NCBI RefSeq assembly: GCF_001644705.1 | Contig: NZ_CP015137.1 | Coordinates: 3,180,001 to 3,212,000, forward strand | Source of the DNA: Dickeya solani IPO 2222 | GTDB lineage: Bacteria; Pseudomonadota; Gammaproteobacteria; Enterobacterales; Enterobacteriaceae | Length of the DNA stretch: 32,000 nucleotides | Reading direction: 5' to 3' | Shown here: piece by piece, positions 9,654 to 18,455 of the stretch | Layout: each line of letters opens with the position of its first letter | Position numbering within the stretch: position 1 is the stretch's first letter | The notes under the pieces: generated by a model | The model's database searches: none | What the model was told of the DNA's origin: nothing | What the model saw: the letters and a program-made list of their open reading frames with translations, nothing else | Translations under genes and position numbers: made by a program

Positions 9654-9997
9654 TGGCTAAGAATCGGAGTCGTCGTTTACGTAAAAAGCTGCACATCGAT
9701 GAATTTCAGGAATTCGGCTTCTCGGTAAGCTGGCGTTTCCCGCAGGGGACCAGCGTAGAAGCGATCGATCGCTCGCTGGATCTGTTCGTCGATGAAGTCG
9801 TCGAGCCGAATGGGTTGGCGTTCGAAGGCAGCGGTTATCTGCAGTGGGAAGGGCTGGTGTGCCTGCAGAAACTGGGTAATTGCACCGATGAACATCGCGA
9901 GCTGGTACGCAAATGGCTGGATGCGAACCAGATGACGGACGTGACTGTCAGCGATCTGTTTGACATCTGGTGGGACCTGCCCGCCAACCTCGGTTAA
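9653..9997 (+). CDS. yggL: DUF469 protein YggL (ribosome-associated)
   Basis: 114 aa, beginning [31 protein letters not shown] as in E. coli YggL. Its ATG overlaps the trmB TAA by 1 nt (TAATG at 9651-9655). Confidence 0.93.
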   Translation: MAKNRSRRLRKKLHIDEFQEFGFSVSWRFPQGTSVEAIDRSLDLFVDEVVEPNGLAFEGSGYLQWEGLVCLQKLGNCTDEHRELVRKWLDANQMTDVTVSDLFDIWWDLPANLG

Positions 9998-10106
9998 ACC
10001 GCGCGTTCTTCGTCATCACTGGCGATTGCCGCCGGTGATGACGACTGTCGGTCTTGGCGGCCGGTCGTTCCGGCTGGCGTCGGGCGCTGTTTTTTCAGGA
10101 GTCTTT

Positions 10107-10826
10107 ATGTTGCGTAAAATGACCTTGGGTGCATTGATGTTACTGGCCTGGCAAGCGCAGGCGGCCTATCAGTGCAATGTTCAACCTCAGGACGACATCA
10201 TCATCAGCCCGCAGAGTGTGAAAGTGGTCGGCGCCAGCGGCAATCTGCAGATTTCGCCGCAAGGCGACATGCTGAGTAACGGCAGCGCGCTGAACCTCAA
10301 TGCCGGGCAACGTCAGCAGGCCAAAGCGTACCAGTCTGAACTGCGTCAGCAACTGCCGTGGATTGACGAAGGCGCAAAGCAGCATCTGGAGAAGGCTCGT
10401 CAGGCGCTGGACACGGTGATTGTGCAACAGTTGGGCAGCGACAGTAATGTGCGCAACCGTCTCGGTACGCTGGACGAACAGTTAAAGCAGCAGATGAACC
10501 GGATTATCGAACACCGTAGCGATGGCCTGACCTTTCATCATCAGGCGATTAAACAGGTTGAGCAGGACGGGCGGCAGATTGTCGAACGCAGTCTGGGCGG
10601 CGTCTTGCAGGATAGCCTCAACGAAATGGGCGTCAAACAGATGGGTAGCGGTGGCGGCGGTAATCCGCTGCAGGCGATGATGGGTAATCTGGGCGGCCTG
10701 CAGAAAGCGATCCAGACCGAGTGGAACAATCAGGAAATGGATTTTCAGCGTTTTGGCCACGATGTCTGCAATCGGGTGACGGCGCTGGAAAATCAACGCC
10801 AGATGTTAGTGCAGTCAATTAAATAG
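10107..10826 (+). CDS. yggN: DUF2884 periplasmic protein YggN
   Basis: 239 aa from ATG 10107, with CAGGAG at 10096-10101. It has a signal peptide (MLRKMTLGALMLLAWQAQA) and similarity to E. coli YggN (QLPWIDEGAK, NRIIEHRSDGLTFH, GGGNPLQ, EWNNQE.DFQ.FG.DVC.RV). The track ORF start at 9960 is an upstream extension. Confidence 0.9.
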   Translation: MLRKMTLGALMLLAWQAQAAYQCNVQPQDDIIISPQSVKVVGASGNLQISPQGDMLSNGSALNLNAGQRQQAKAYQSELRQQLPWIDEGAKQHLEKARQALDTVIVQQLGSDSNVRNRLGTLDEQLKQQMNRIIEHRSDGLTFHHQAIKQVEQDGRQIVERSLGGVLQDSLNEMGVKQMGSGGGGNPLQAMMGNLGGLQKAIQTEWNNQEMDFQRFGHDVCNRVTALENQRQMLVQSIK

Positions 10827-11784
10827 CCTGTCTTTTACAAGGGTAAGCGCCCTACGCGGCGTCTGCCCTTGATCCTCACACGATCTTTTCATCAAAACCA
10901 AGCCCGCCGGCTGTGGGACATATCCGTCGAGATGACCGGGATTGACCCCGGTTTGCCGCCGGTTACAGAGAAATGATGCGGTTATTGTCTGGGCGTGCGG
11001 CGATGGTGATAGAGAACGGGGCAAGGCTGAAAATGCCATCTTCGCTGAAACCGAAGACTATTCCGACAGGCTATCCCGACAGGCTATTTTATTTGCCATT
11101 TTGAATCAGATTAGTGACGGATTCCTTTCTATTCAAATAGATGTTCATGTTATTTTTTTCTCAAATCGCCTGTGCCAATACCACCTGTTGGCTCAGGCGA
11201 CTTGTATTAATGAATTGCATTTTTTATAAATTACTTTTTCTCTCTGTCCCTTAATGTTTCCCTATTTTTCTACTTATTTCCTTGTGGTTATTTTTCATCA
11301 TATTGTCAATGAAAATGCTTGTTTTGTTCATTTTCATCGTGTAAAGATATCGTTAAGGATCTGATTTTTTGTAATTGAAAATAACACGATCCTAAATCAA
11401 TGGAATACGTTTGACGAAAAGGGATGACAAAAAGGGATGATAGTAAATGGCATTAGATTATTGCCGTAAAAATAGTATTTTCATAAATATGATGGTAACG
11501 CGCGAATTTTTTATTTTGGCGAAAATCATCAATTTTATTTCTTTATTTAGTGCTGGCATTTCGAATGTATATCTAAATAATTTGGGTTACAGAAACGTTA
11601 CTGGTAATAGCTCTTATGGGCGAAATCCTACCGTCAACACACCTGCGACGCGAAGTATGATGAATATATTGGATAAAGCAGCACTCCCGCACAGCAGATA
11701 AAACGAACCCTCAATACTTGATTGCCGGATCACGCGATCCGTTTATTGAGACTTTATTGTTTTTTTATCGCCAGGATGTGTCAT

Positions 11785-14700
11785 ATGCGCATGACGTTTA
11801 ATACGTTAGGGCTTTCTTATGCCAGAAAATCAGTAGTTTTTCACCGTATAAAAACGGATTTTCATCACAGTGGGAACACGCAAGATAAAAAGCGATTTAA
11901 AAGACGGTTGGTCGCCGTGCTGCTGTTGGCTCAACTGGCTTGCTCCGTATTACATCCGGCGTTGGCCGCTACCGCGGAGGATTTTCGTACCCGCGAATAT
12001 ATGCGTAACGGCGCAGCGCTGGATTCAATTCACGCCGCCGACGCCTACGCGTTGGGATACAGCGGAGCCGGGGTAACGGTCGGGATTATTAACCGTGTCG
12101 GCGATCTGTCCGGCAATAATGAATTTAACGGCAAAGTGGATGCCGGCTCGCACTGGATCAGCGACCCCAGCAGCGCCAGCCCGCACGGTTATTGGGTGGC
12201 CGGGGTGATTGGCGCAGAAAGGAATGGTGTCGGCATGCAGGGTGTGGCCTATAATTCGAACCTGTTAACACTGGGGACGGATAATTCCATCAACGATCTG
12301 TTTCAAGGCATGGTCGATATGACCAACCGCCCAGACGTGAAAATCATCAGCAACAGCTGGAACTTTCTGTTTTATCCCGACCAGCTTTCCTCTTATTCTG
12401 CCGCTATGCAGGATCTGCTGTTAAATACGGTGGTGTCCGCGTATACCAGCGCGGCGGATGTGCTGGCCAGTCAGGGGCAACTGATGGTGATGTCGGCCGG
12501 GAATGAAGGGCACCTGACGCCGGCGTTGTTTGCCGCGTTGCCGACGGTGCTGGACAATAACGGCTTGCAGGACAATATTGCCAACACCTGGATTAACGTC
12601 ATGGCGTACGATCCGTCCCAGCCCACCAGCAGTGCGGCATTCATCGCCACCTTCAGCAATCTGGCGCAGGGCGCGACCGATTACAGCCTGCTGGCGCCGG
12701 GCGTTAACGTCATAACCACCTCCACCAACAACACCTTCGTTCGGATCAACGGCACCTCGTTTGCCTCACCCTATGTCGCCGGCGTCGGCGCGCTGGTCAG
12801 TCAGGCGTTTCCCTACATGAGCGGTAAGCAGATTGCCGATGTGCTGCTGTCCACCGCGACGCCGCTGATCGGCAGTAATTTGCCCAAAGCGGTGGTGCTG
12901 GCCAACGAGCAGTACGATGAAAACCAGTCGCTGACCGGCACCGCCGTCAAGGTCTACTCCACCCATACCGGCATTACGTTTACCGACGACGAACTGACCA
13001 CGCTGATAAGCTCGCTGAAAATTAAAAGCCCGTATGACGGAATGACGGACGATCAGGTGCGGGCGGCGATTCTGAGCGCCGCCGCCGATCAGAATATCAC
13101 CGTGATGTCGCAGAACGACTATCAGGCGCTGTTCGGCCAGGGTGTGGTCAATGCTTTCAAAGCGGTACAAGGCCCCGGTGTGCTGAACGCCAAACGGTTG
13201 GTGGACAGCGATCTCAGCAGCGGTACCTTTGGCGGAAACTTTGCGCTCTATTCGATTGATACCAAAGGTATCGACAGCACCTGGAGCAACGATATCGGCC
13301 AGGTAAAAAACACCGCCAGCGGCAGTGCGCTGTCCGGGTTAGACGTGGGCCTGCGTAAGCAAGGTGCCGGCACGTTGTACCTGACCGGCAATGATACGTT
13401 TGCCGGCCCGACCGTGGTAGAGGGCGGCAAGCTGATCGTGGGCAAGGTCGCCGGCGGTTCCGGCAGCCTGGCGGGAGACGCCTGGGTGCAGTCCGGCGCG
13501 GTGCTGGGCGGGCATGGCGCGATCAACGGTTCGGTGGTGGTGCAGAATGGCGGCACGCTGTCGCCCGGCAATTCGGTCGGGACGCTGACGGTCGGCAATG
13601 TACGTTTTGACCCCGGCTCGATTTATGAATTTGAGATTGATCAGCAGGGCAACGCCGACCAACTGGTGGTGACCAATAATGCCCAACTGGCGGGAACCGT
13701 GAAGCTGGTCGGGCGAACCACCGGACGTCTGGGCGATCGGTTTGCTTTGGTGCAGGTGGGCGGAACGCTGACCGGCGCGTTCGACAAGCTGGAATCAGTC
13801 AATAACTCGTTGTTTTTGGCCGACGCGCTTAGCTATAACCCGCAAAGCGCGTTCGTCAGCGTGGTGCGTAACAACGTTCGTTTCAGCGACGTGGCGCAAA
13901 CCGCGAACCAGAGCGCGGTGGCGAATGCCATCGACAACCAGTCGGGCACCGCGGTGCTGAGCGCCATTGCCGACCTGCAGGATGCCGACAGCGCCCGGCG
14001 CGCTTTTGATAATCTGAACGGCGAGTTTTACGCCACGGCGCGCAATGCGCTGATTCGGAACAGCCGGTCGGTACGCGATATCCTGAACAGCACCATGAGC
14101 GGCGCGGGCAAAGGCGCCGAGCCCTGGGTGAGCAGTTGGGGATATGACGGCCGTCAGGATGGCGACGGCGTGCAGGCGGGCATGAAATACAATGGCTACG
14201 GTCTGCTGCTTGGCAACGGCGGGCATGTGGGGGAACAGGGGACACTGGGGTTTGCTGTTGGGGCGGAAAAAGGGCGGATCACGATGGATGATCGCGCGTC
14301 ACGCGGCGATCTGAGCGCCTACCATGCCGGCGTGTATCTGTCTGGTCGGGCACTGGCGCTCGACCTGCGGTCCGGACTCAGTTACAGCTATATCACCCTC
14401 GATAGCCAGCGCGGCATCAACGTCTCCGGGCTGAACGGTCAGGCGACGGGCGATTATCGCGCCAATCTGGCGCAGGGATTCGTCGAAGCCAGTCACCGCT
14501 TTGATTTCTTTAATACCCTGAGCGTGGAGCCGTATGGCAACACCGCCTGGGTCTGGCTACAGAATCAGAGCGGGCAGGAGAGCGGGAACGGCGCGGCGCT
14601 GGCGTATGAGAAGGACACCACCCGCACCGCCTTTGCCACCGGCGGCCTGCGCCTGAAAGTCCGGCCATTGTCACGCCTGCCGGTATCGCTGTACGGGGAT

Positions 14701-14937
14701 ATCGGTTATCAGCGCCGTTTAATCCGCGACGATAATCAAGTTCGGCTGCGCTTTGTTTCCGGCGGCGATGCCTTTACTACCGAAGGTTTGCCGCTGGCGG
14801 ACAATACCCGATTGATGCGGGCGGGCGTCTCGGTGGACTTCTCCCGCAATGTCCACCTGTCGCTGGGGTATCAGGGCGATCGCGCAACCCGGGTGAAAGA
14901 CGACAGCGCGCAGGCGCTGTTCAGTATGGCGTTCTGA
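11785..14937 (+). CDS. Subtilisin-like (MEROPS S8) serine-protease-type autotransporter (type Va secretion)
   Basis: S8 motifs are present: PHGYWVAGVIG (His), VMSAGNEGH (oxyanion Asn) and INGTSFASPYVAGVGALV (Ser). The overall layout resembles Serratia Ssp / Neisseria NalP. The passenger carries autotransporter beta-strand repeats (GGTLSPGNSVGTLTVGNVRFDPGSIYEFEI). The C-terminal ~280 aa form a beta-barrel translocator ending ...AQALFSMAF. The signal peptide is KKRFKRRLVAVLLLAQLACSVLHPALA-AT. The start is ambiguous: in-frame ATGs lie at 11776, 11785 and 11791, and the track ORF begins at a TTG at 11722. Confidence 0.88.
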   Translation: MRMTFNTLGLSYARKSVVFHRIKTDFHHSGNTQDKKRFKRRLVAVLLLAQLACSVLHPALAATAEDFRTREYMRNGAALDSIHAADAYALGYSGAGVTVGIINRVGDLSGNNEFNGKVDAGSHWISDPSSASPHGYWVAGVIGAERNGVGMQGVAYNSNLLTLGTDNSINDLFQGMVDMTNRPDVKIISNSWNFLFYPDQLSSYSAAMQDLLLNTVVSAYTSAADVLASQGQLMVMSAGNEGHLTPALFAALPTVLDNNGLQDNIANTWINVMAYDPSQPTSSAAFIATFSNLAQGATDYSLLAPGVNVITTSTNNTFVRINGTSFASPYVAGVGALVSQAFPYMSGKQIADVLLSTATPLIGSNLPKAVVLANEQYDENQSLTGTAVKVYSTHTGITFTDDELTTLISSLKIKSPYDGMTDDQVRAAILSAAADQNITVMSQNDYQALFGQGVVNAFKAVQGPGVLNAKRLVDSDLSSGTFGGNFALYSIDTKGIDSTWSNDIGQVKNTASGSALSGLDVGLRKQGAGTLYLTGNDTFAGPTVVEGGKLIVGKVAGGSGSLAGDAWVQSGAVLGGHGAINGSVVVQNGGTLSPGNSVGTLTVGNVRFDPGSIYEFEIDQQGNADQLVVTNNAQLAGTVKLVGRTTGRLGDRFALVQVGGTLTGAFDKLESVNNSLFLADALSYNPQSAFVSVVRNNVRFSDVAQTANQSAVANAIDNQSGTAVLSAIADLQDADSARRAFDNLNGEFYATARNALIRNSRSVRDILNSTMSGAGKGAEPWVSSWGYDGRQDGDGVQAGMKYNGYGLLLGNGGHVGEQGTLGFAVGAEKGRITMDDRASRGDLSAYHAGVYLSGRALALDLRSGLSYSYITLDSQRGINVSGLNGQATGDYRANLAQGFVEASHRFDFFNTLSVEPYGNTAWVWLQNQSGQESGNGAALAYEKDTTRTAFATGGLRLKVRPLSRLPVSLYGDIGYQRRLIRDDNQVRLRFVSGGDAFTTEGLPLADNTRLMRAGVSVDFSRNVHLSLGYQGDRATRVKDDSAQALFSMAF

Positions 14938-14958
14938 CAGCATGACGTTCTGAGCAGG

Positions 14959-14984
14959 CGCGCCTTCCCTGCGGGGAAGGCGCG
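14959..14984. terminator. Hairpin terminator between the convergent autotransporter gene and tas
   Basis: CGCGCCTTCCC-tgcg-GGGAAGGCGCG has an 11-bp GC-rich stem. It lies 22 nt after the autotransporter stop and 9 nt from the tas stop. The T-tract (TTGTG) is weak. Confidence 0.7.
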
Positions 14985-14992
14985 TTGTGAGG

Positions 14993-16033
14993 TCAGGGCG
15001 CGGGAATGGTAAAACGACGGTGGATGGCTTCCAGTTCCGTCAGCACGTCTTCGCCGAGCGTCAGGTCAAGGCTGTCCAGATTCGTCTTTAATTGTTCCAG
15101 CGTGGTGGCGCCGAGCAGGGTGCTGGCGACAAACGGCTGCTGACGCACAAACGCCAGCGCCATCTGCGCCGGATCCAGTCCGTGTTTTTGCGCCAGCGTC
15201 ACGTATTCGGCGATGGCTTGCTGGGTATGAGGCGCTGAGTAACGCACAAAGCGGCTAAACAGCGTATTGCGTGCGCCGGCCGGTTTGGCGCCGTTCAGGT
15301 ATTTGCCCGTCAATGTGCCAAACGCCAGCGGCGAATAGGCCAGCAGTTCCACCCCTTCATGCTGGCTGATTTCCGCCAGACCGACCTCGAAGCTGCGATT
15401 CAGCAGGCTATAGGGATTCTGGATAGAGACAATGCGCGGCAGGTCGTGCTTGTCCGCCAGTTGCAGATAGCGCATCACGCCCCACGGGGTTTCGTTCGAC
15501 ACGCCGATGTAGCGAATTTTACCGGCGCGTACCTGTTCGTTCAGCGCCTCCAATGTTTCCAGCAGCGTGACGGCCGGTTTTTCGCTGGTGTACTGATAGC
15601 TCAGTTTGCCGAAGCTGTTGATCTGGCGCTGCGGCCAGTGCAGCTGATACAGATCGATATAGTCGGTGTTCAGGCGCTTGAGGCTGTCGTCCAGCGCGGC
15701 GCGGATATTTTTGCGGTCCAGCGCCTGCTGCGGACGCAGGCTGTTGTCGTTGCCGCGCACCGGCCCGGCGACTTTGCTGGCGATAATCAGCTTTTCGCGC
15801 CCGCCGCGGCTTTTCAGCCAGGAACCGATATAGCTTTCCGTCAGCCCCTGCGTTTCCGAACGTGGCGGAACCGGATAGATTTCCGCGGTATCAATCAGGT
15901 TAACACCGGCGGCAACCGCGAGATCCAACTGGGCGTGGGCATCCGCTTCGCTGTTTTGTTCGCCAAAGGTCATGGTGCCCAGACCCAGCGTACTGACTTC
16001 CAGACTGCTGTGGGGAATACGGTGATAGAGCAT
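14993..16033 (-). CDS. tas: NADP(H)-dependent aldo-keto reductase Tas
   Basis: 346 aa, the same length as E. coli Tas and near-identical at the N-terminus (M.YHRIPHSSLEVSTLGLGTMTFGEQNSEADAHAQLD) and throughout. Confidence 0.95.
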   Translation of the reverse strand: MLYHRIPHSSLEVSTLGLGTMTFGEQNSEADAHAQLDLAVAAGVNLIDTAEIYPVPPRSETQGLTESYIGSWLKSRGGREKLIIASKVAGPVRGNDNSLRPQQALDRKNIRAALDDSLKRLNTDYIDLYQLHWPQRQINSFGKLSYQYTSEKPAVTLLETLEALNEQVRAGKIRYIGVSNETPWGVMRYLQLADKHDLPRIVSIQNPYSLLNRSFEVGLAEISQHEGVELLAYSPLAFGTLTGKYLNGAKPAGARNTLFSRFVRYSAPHTQQAIAEYVTLAQKHGLDPAQMALAFVRQQPFVASTLLGATTLEQLKTNLDSLDLTLGEDVLTELEAIHRRFTIPAP

Positions 16034-16247
16034 TGCAGTGTCCTTTTTATTCTTCTGAGTAACGCGGGTGCGACGGCACCGTATTTTCGACTATAACCAA
16101 GCCGTGGCGAGGGGGGAAGACTCTTTGTGCGGGAAAGCTGGGCATTAATGCGGGGAAAAACGGTTTTCCCCCTGACAAGGGCGGCGGCGGGGATGGCGGG
16201 GCCGAACAACATCCCCGAATTTGACCCGGCTGACGCGAATAACCGCT

Positions 16248-16466
16248 CTAGCGTTCAATCATCTGGGAAATGTTGTCGTTGTTGATCTGGTGTTTCACGC
16301 CTTCTTCATCAGTATAACTGAGCAGGCCGGTAGCCGGATCCAGCGTCGGTTTCCCCTTGCTTAGCAGCATCTGGCCGTCTTTGGTGGCGATAACATAGTG
16401 GCTGGCGCAGCCGGAAAGCAGGACGACAAAAGTCAGGGCAACGGCGGTTTTTATCCGAAATCGCAT
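16248..16466 (-). CDS. ygdR: DUF903 family small lipoprotein
   Basis: 72 aa with lipobox LLSGC. It resembles E. coli YgdR (Y.ATKDG.M.L..GKP..D..TGL.SY.D..G....IN.D..SQ.IER) and lies in the conserved position between tas and ygdQ. Confidence 0.9.
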   Translation of the reverse strand: MRFRIKTAVALTFVVLLSGCASHYVIATKDGQMLLSKGKPTLDPATGLLSYTDEEGVKHQINNDNISQMIER

Positions 16467-16582
16467 GCTGAATTTACCTGTTATTTAGCAAAAAAACTGA
16501 ACGTCTTTTCAGTCTAGCAAAGCGTTGTCCGGGCGGGGTTAGGATTTATGGTAAAAAAATTAAAAAGATACGTAAGGATAGG

Positions 16583-16612
16583 ACGGGAAACGGCACGCTG
16601 GCCGTTTCCCGT
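16583..16612 (-). terminator. Hairpin terminator downstream of ygdQ
   Basis: ACGGGAAACGGC-acgctg-GCCGTTTCCCGT is a perfect 12-bp stem starting 8 nt after the ygdQ stop on the minus strand. T-rich sequence follows within about 20 nt. Confidence 0.65.
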
Positions 16613-16619
16613 GGGGGAA

Positions 16620-17336
16620 TTAGTGTTTTTTGGCGGGTTTCTTGCCGCGCATCAGGTTCAGCGCCTCCACTGACATGGAGAAGAACATGGCGAAATAGAT
16701 GTAGCCTTTCGGCACGTGAATGTTGACGCTTTCCAGAATCAGCGTAAAGCCCACCAGAATCAGGAACGACAGCGCCAGCATTTTCACCGATGGGTGGCGA
16801 TCGACAAATTCCCCGATGGGACGGGCGGAAAACATCATGACGCCGACGGCAATCACTACGGCCGCCATCATAATGAACAGATGGTCGGACAGGCCCACGG
16901 CGGTAATCACCGAATCGAGGCTGAAGATGATGTCCAGCAGCATAATCTGCACGATGGCGCCAAAGAAGGAATGCACCTGCGAGGTATGATCTTCCGCGCC
17001 GCCTTCAATGGTTTCGTGGATCTCCTTGCTGGATTTCCAGATCAGAAACAGGCCGCCGAGGAACAGAATCAGGTCGCGGGCGGAAACCTCCTGCCCGAAC
17101 ACGCTAAACAGCGGATTGGTGAGTCTGATAACCCAGGCGATGGACGCCAGCAGGCCGAGGCGCATCAGCATGGCGCCCATCAGGCCGATACGGCGGGCTT
17201 TATTCTGCTGATGTTTGGGGAGCTTGGCGACAACCAGCGACAAAAAGATGATGTTGTCTATGCCCAGCACGATTTCCAGTATGGTGAGTGTTCCCAGCGC
17301 CAACCAGGCGTTGGGGTCTGCGATCCAATCGAACAT
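16620..17336 (-). CDS. ygdQ: TerC-family integral membrane protein
   Basis: 238 aa, polytopic, with the TerC signature (LEIVLGIDNIIFLSLVV ... IMLLDIIFSLDSVITAVGL). It lies in the conserved position next to mutH, as E. coli ygdQ does. Confidence 0.9.
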   Translation of the reverse strand: MFDWIADPNAWLALGTLTILEIVLGIDNIIFLSLVVAKLPKHQQNKARRIGLMGAMLMRLGLLASIAWVIRLTNPLFSVFGQEVSARDLILFLGGLFLIWKSSKEIHETIEGGAEDHTSQVHSFFGAIVQIMLLDIIFSLDSVITAVGLSDHLFIMMAAVVIAVGVMMFSARPIGEFVDRHPSVKMLALSFLILVGFTLILESVNIHVPKGYIYFAMFFSMSVEALNLMRGKKPAKKH

Positions 17337-17434
17337 TATCTCAATGCATCCTTAAACGAAACGTAAACAACCATTATCTCTGGCCTACTACCGCGCAGGC
17401 AAGAGGATTTAGGCTATGTCCCGCCCGGTGGGCA

Positions 17435-18121
17435 TTACAGCAGAAAATGCCGGGCCAGTAACGGTGTAGTAAAGGTTTTCTTCAGGTAAAAACCGCGTGG
17501 CAGCGTCAGAATCGGCTGCCCGTGTTCGCCAATCGCTTCGGTCAGCGCCCGGCTGTTGGCGGCCTTGGGGCGCAGCTGCAACACCTCGCCGTGACGAGCG
17601 GTGATGCTTTCCACTTTGCCCAGCACGATCAAATCCATCAATTCTTCCCAGTCCTGCCTTAACTGACGCTCTTCCTCCGGGCTGGGGCTCCATAACAACG
17701 GCGCGCCGATACGGCGCTCCCCCAGCGGGATAGGGCGCGATCCTTCCACCGGAATCCACAGTACTCTGGTCAGCTTGTGGCGCACATGGCTGCTTTCCCA
17801 GGTCACGCCGCTATTGCCGGTTAGCGGCGCCACGCAGACAAAGGTGGTTTCCAGCGGCCGTCCCTGTTCATCCACCGGGATGGTTTTCAGCTCAATGCCG
17901 ATATCGGGGAAGTCCTGCTCCGGTTTGCTGCCGGCGCTGGCACCCAGAAAACGCTCCAGCAGCACGCCGATCCACCCTTTGTCTCGCTTAAGGTTGGCAG
18001 GCAACGGCAGTTGGGCGATTCGAGCCAGTTCCGCCAGCGAATAGCCGGCCAGCGCCTGCGCCCGCAGCAGCAGGGCCTGCTCACTGTCCGGCGGGTTCTG
18101 GTGGGGAGTGGGTGTCTGCAT
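17435..18121 (-). CDS. mutH: DNA mismatch repair endonuclease MutH
   Basis: 228 aa from ATG 18121 (MQTPTPHQ...), close to the ~229 aa I recall for E. coli MutH. Strong identity ([27 protein letters not shown]...[48 protein letters not shown]). The track ORF adds 9 codons from a TTG. Confidence 0.94.
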   Translation of the reverse strand: MQTPTPHQNPPDSEQALLLRAQALAGYSLAELARIAQLPLPANLKRDKGWIGVLLERFLGASAGSKPEQDFPDIGIELKTIPVDEQGRPLETTFVCVAPLTGNSGVTWESSHVRHKLTRVLWIPVEGSRPIPLGERRIGAPLLWSPSPEEERQLRQDWEELMDLIVLGKVESITARHGEVLQLRPKAANSRALTEAIGEHGQPILTLPRGFYLKKTFTTPLLARHFLL

Positions 18122-18327
18122 GGATTGCTTGTCCGTTACTGATAACAAGGGTGATTAAAAAAAGTACAGCCATAACGGAGGATAACGTCAGGCAGTCGGT
18201 TATTCGGGAGAAAAATAATAATAGCATGATTCTTTTATGATTTTTCTCCCACTATTCACAGGCAAAAATAAGCTGCCGATTTTTGTTCATGACAAGACAC
18301 CGACAATGAACAGGATTTTACACCATG

Positions 18328-18455
18328 TTATCCACAGTTTTTTGGGATAACTGGGATAACTCGGGATCACTGTTTTGATTTACAGCCTTGACGGGCGGTG
18401 CTTTTGCTGGTTTTGCCGATTTTTTGGCTGGATTCCGGCGGTTGTCTGTGGATAA
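18328..18455. promoter_or_regulatory. DnaA-box cluster in the mutH-rppH spacer, consistent with DARS2 (DnaA-reactivating sequence 2)
   Basis: A perfect TTATCCACA lies at 18328-18336 on the + strand. A perfect inverted box, TGTGGATAA, lies at 18447-18455. Degenerate inverted boxes TTGGGATAA (18342-18350) and CTGGGATAA (18351-18359) sit directly beside the first box. More degenerate boxes lie at 18631-18639 (TTCTTCACA) and 18643-18651 (ATGTCCACA). As I recall, E. coli DARS2 maps to the same intergenic region. Confidence 0.6.

Noticed and set aside
9998-10106. Hairpins in the yggL-yggN spacer (TCGTCATCAC..GTGATGACGA with a nested GGCG/CGCC, then GCCGG-tcgtt-CCGGC and a T6 run) as a possible REP/BIME or sRNA
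   Set aside because: The pattern fits an ordinary attenuating terminator or REP-like structure between two co-oriented genes. It is too short and unremarkable to claim more without genome-wide repeat counts.
11063-11087. Possible CRISPR or tandem-repeat array
   Set aside because: There are only two copies of a 12-13-bp unit and no spacer-repeat periodicity. No repeat array occurs anywhere in the window, and no cas genes are present.
11447-11701. An 84-aa ORF in the AT-rich leader of the autotransporter (also 10942-11229 and the minus-strand 10815-11039)
   Set aside because: Its composition is AT-driven (Asn/Ile/Phe/Tyr-rich). It has no convincing SD, no homology I recognise and no hydrophobic or motif structure. 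I treat it as a chance ORF and note the region as a regulatory leader instead.
17409-17759. A 116-aa minus-strand ORF overlapping the mutH 3' half in another frame
   Set aside because: The MutH frame is conserved end to end with E. coli. The alternate frame is Arg/Gly/Ala/Pro-rich with no start context.
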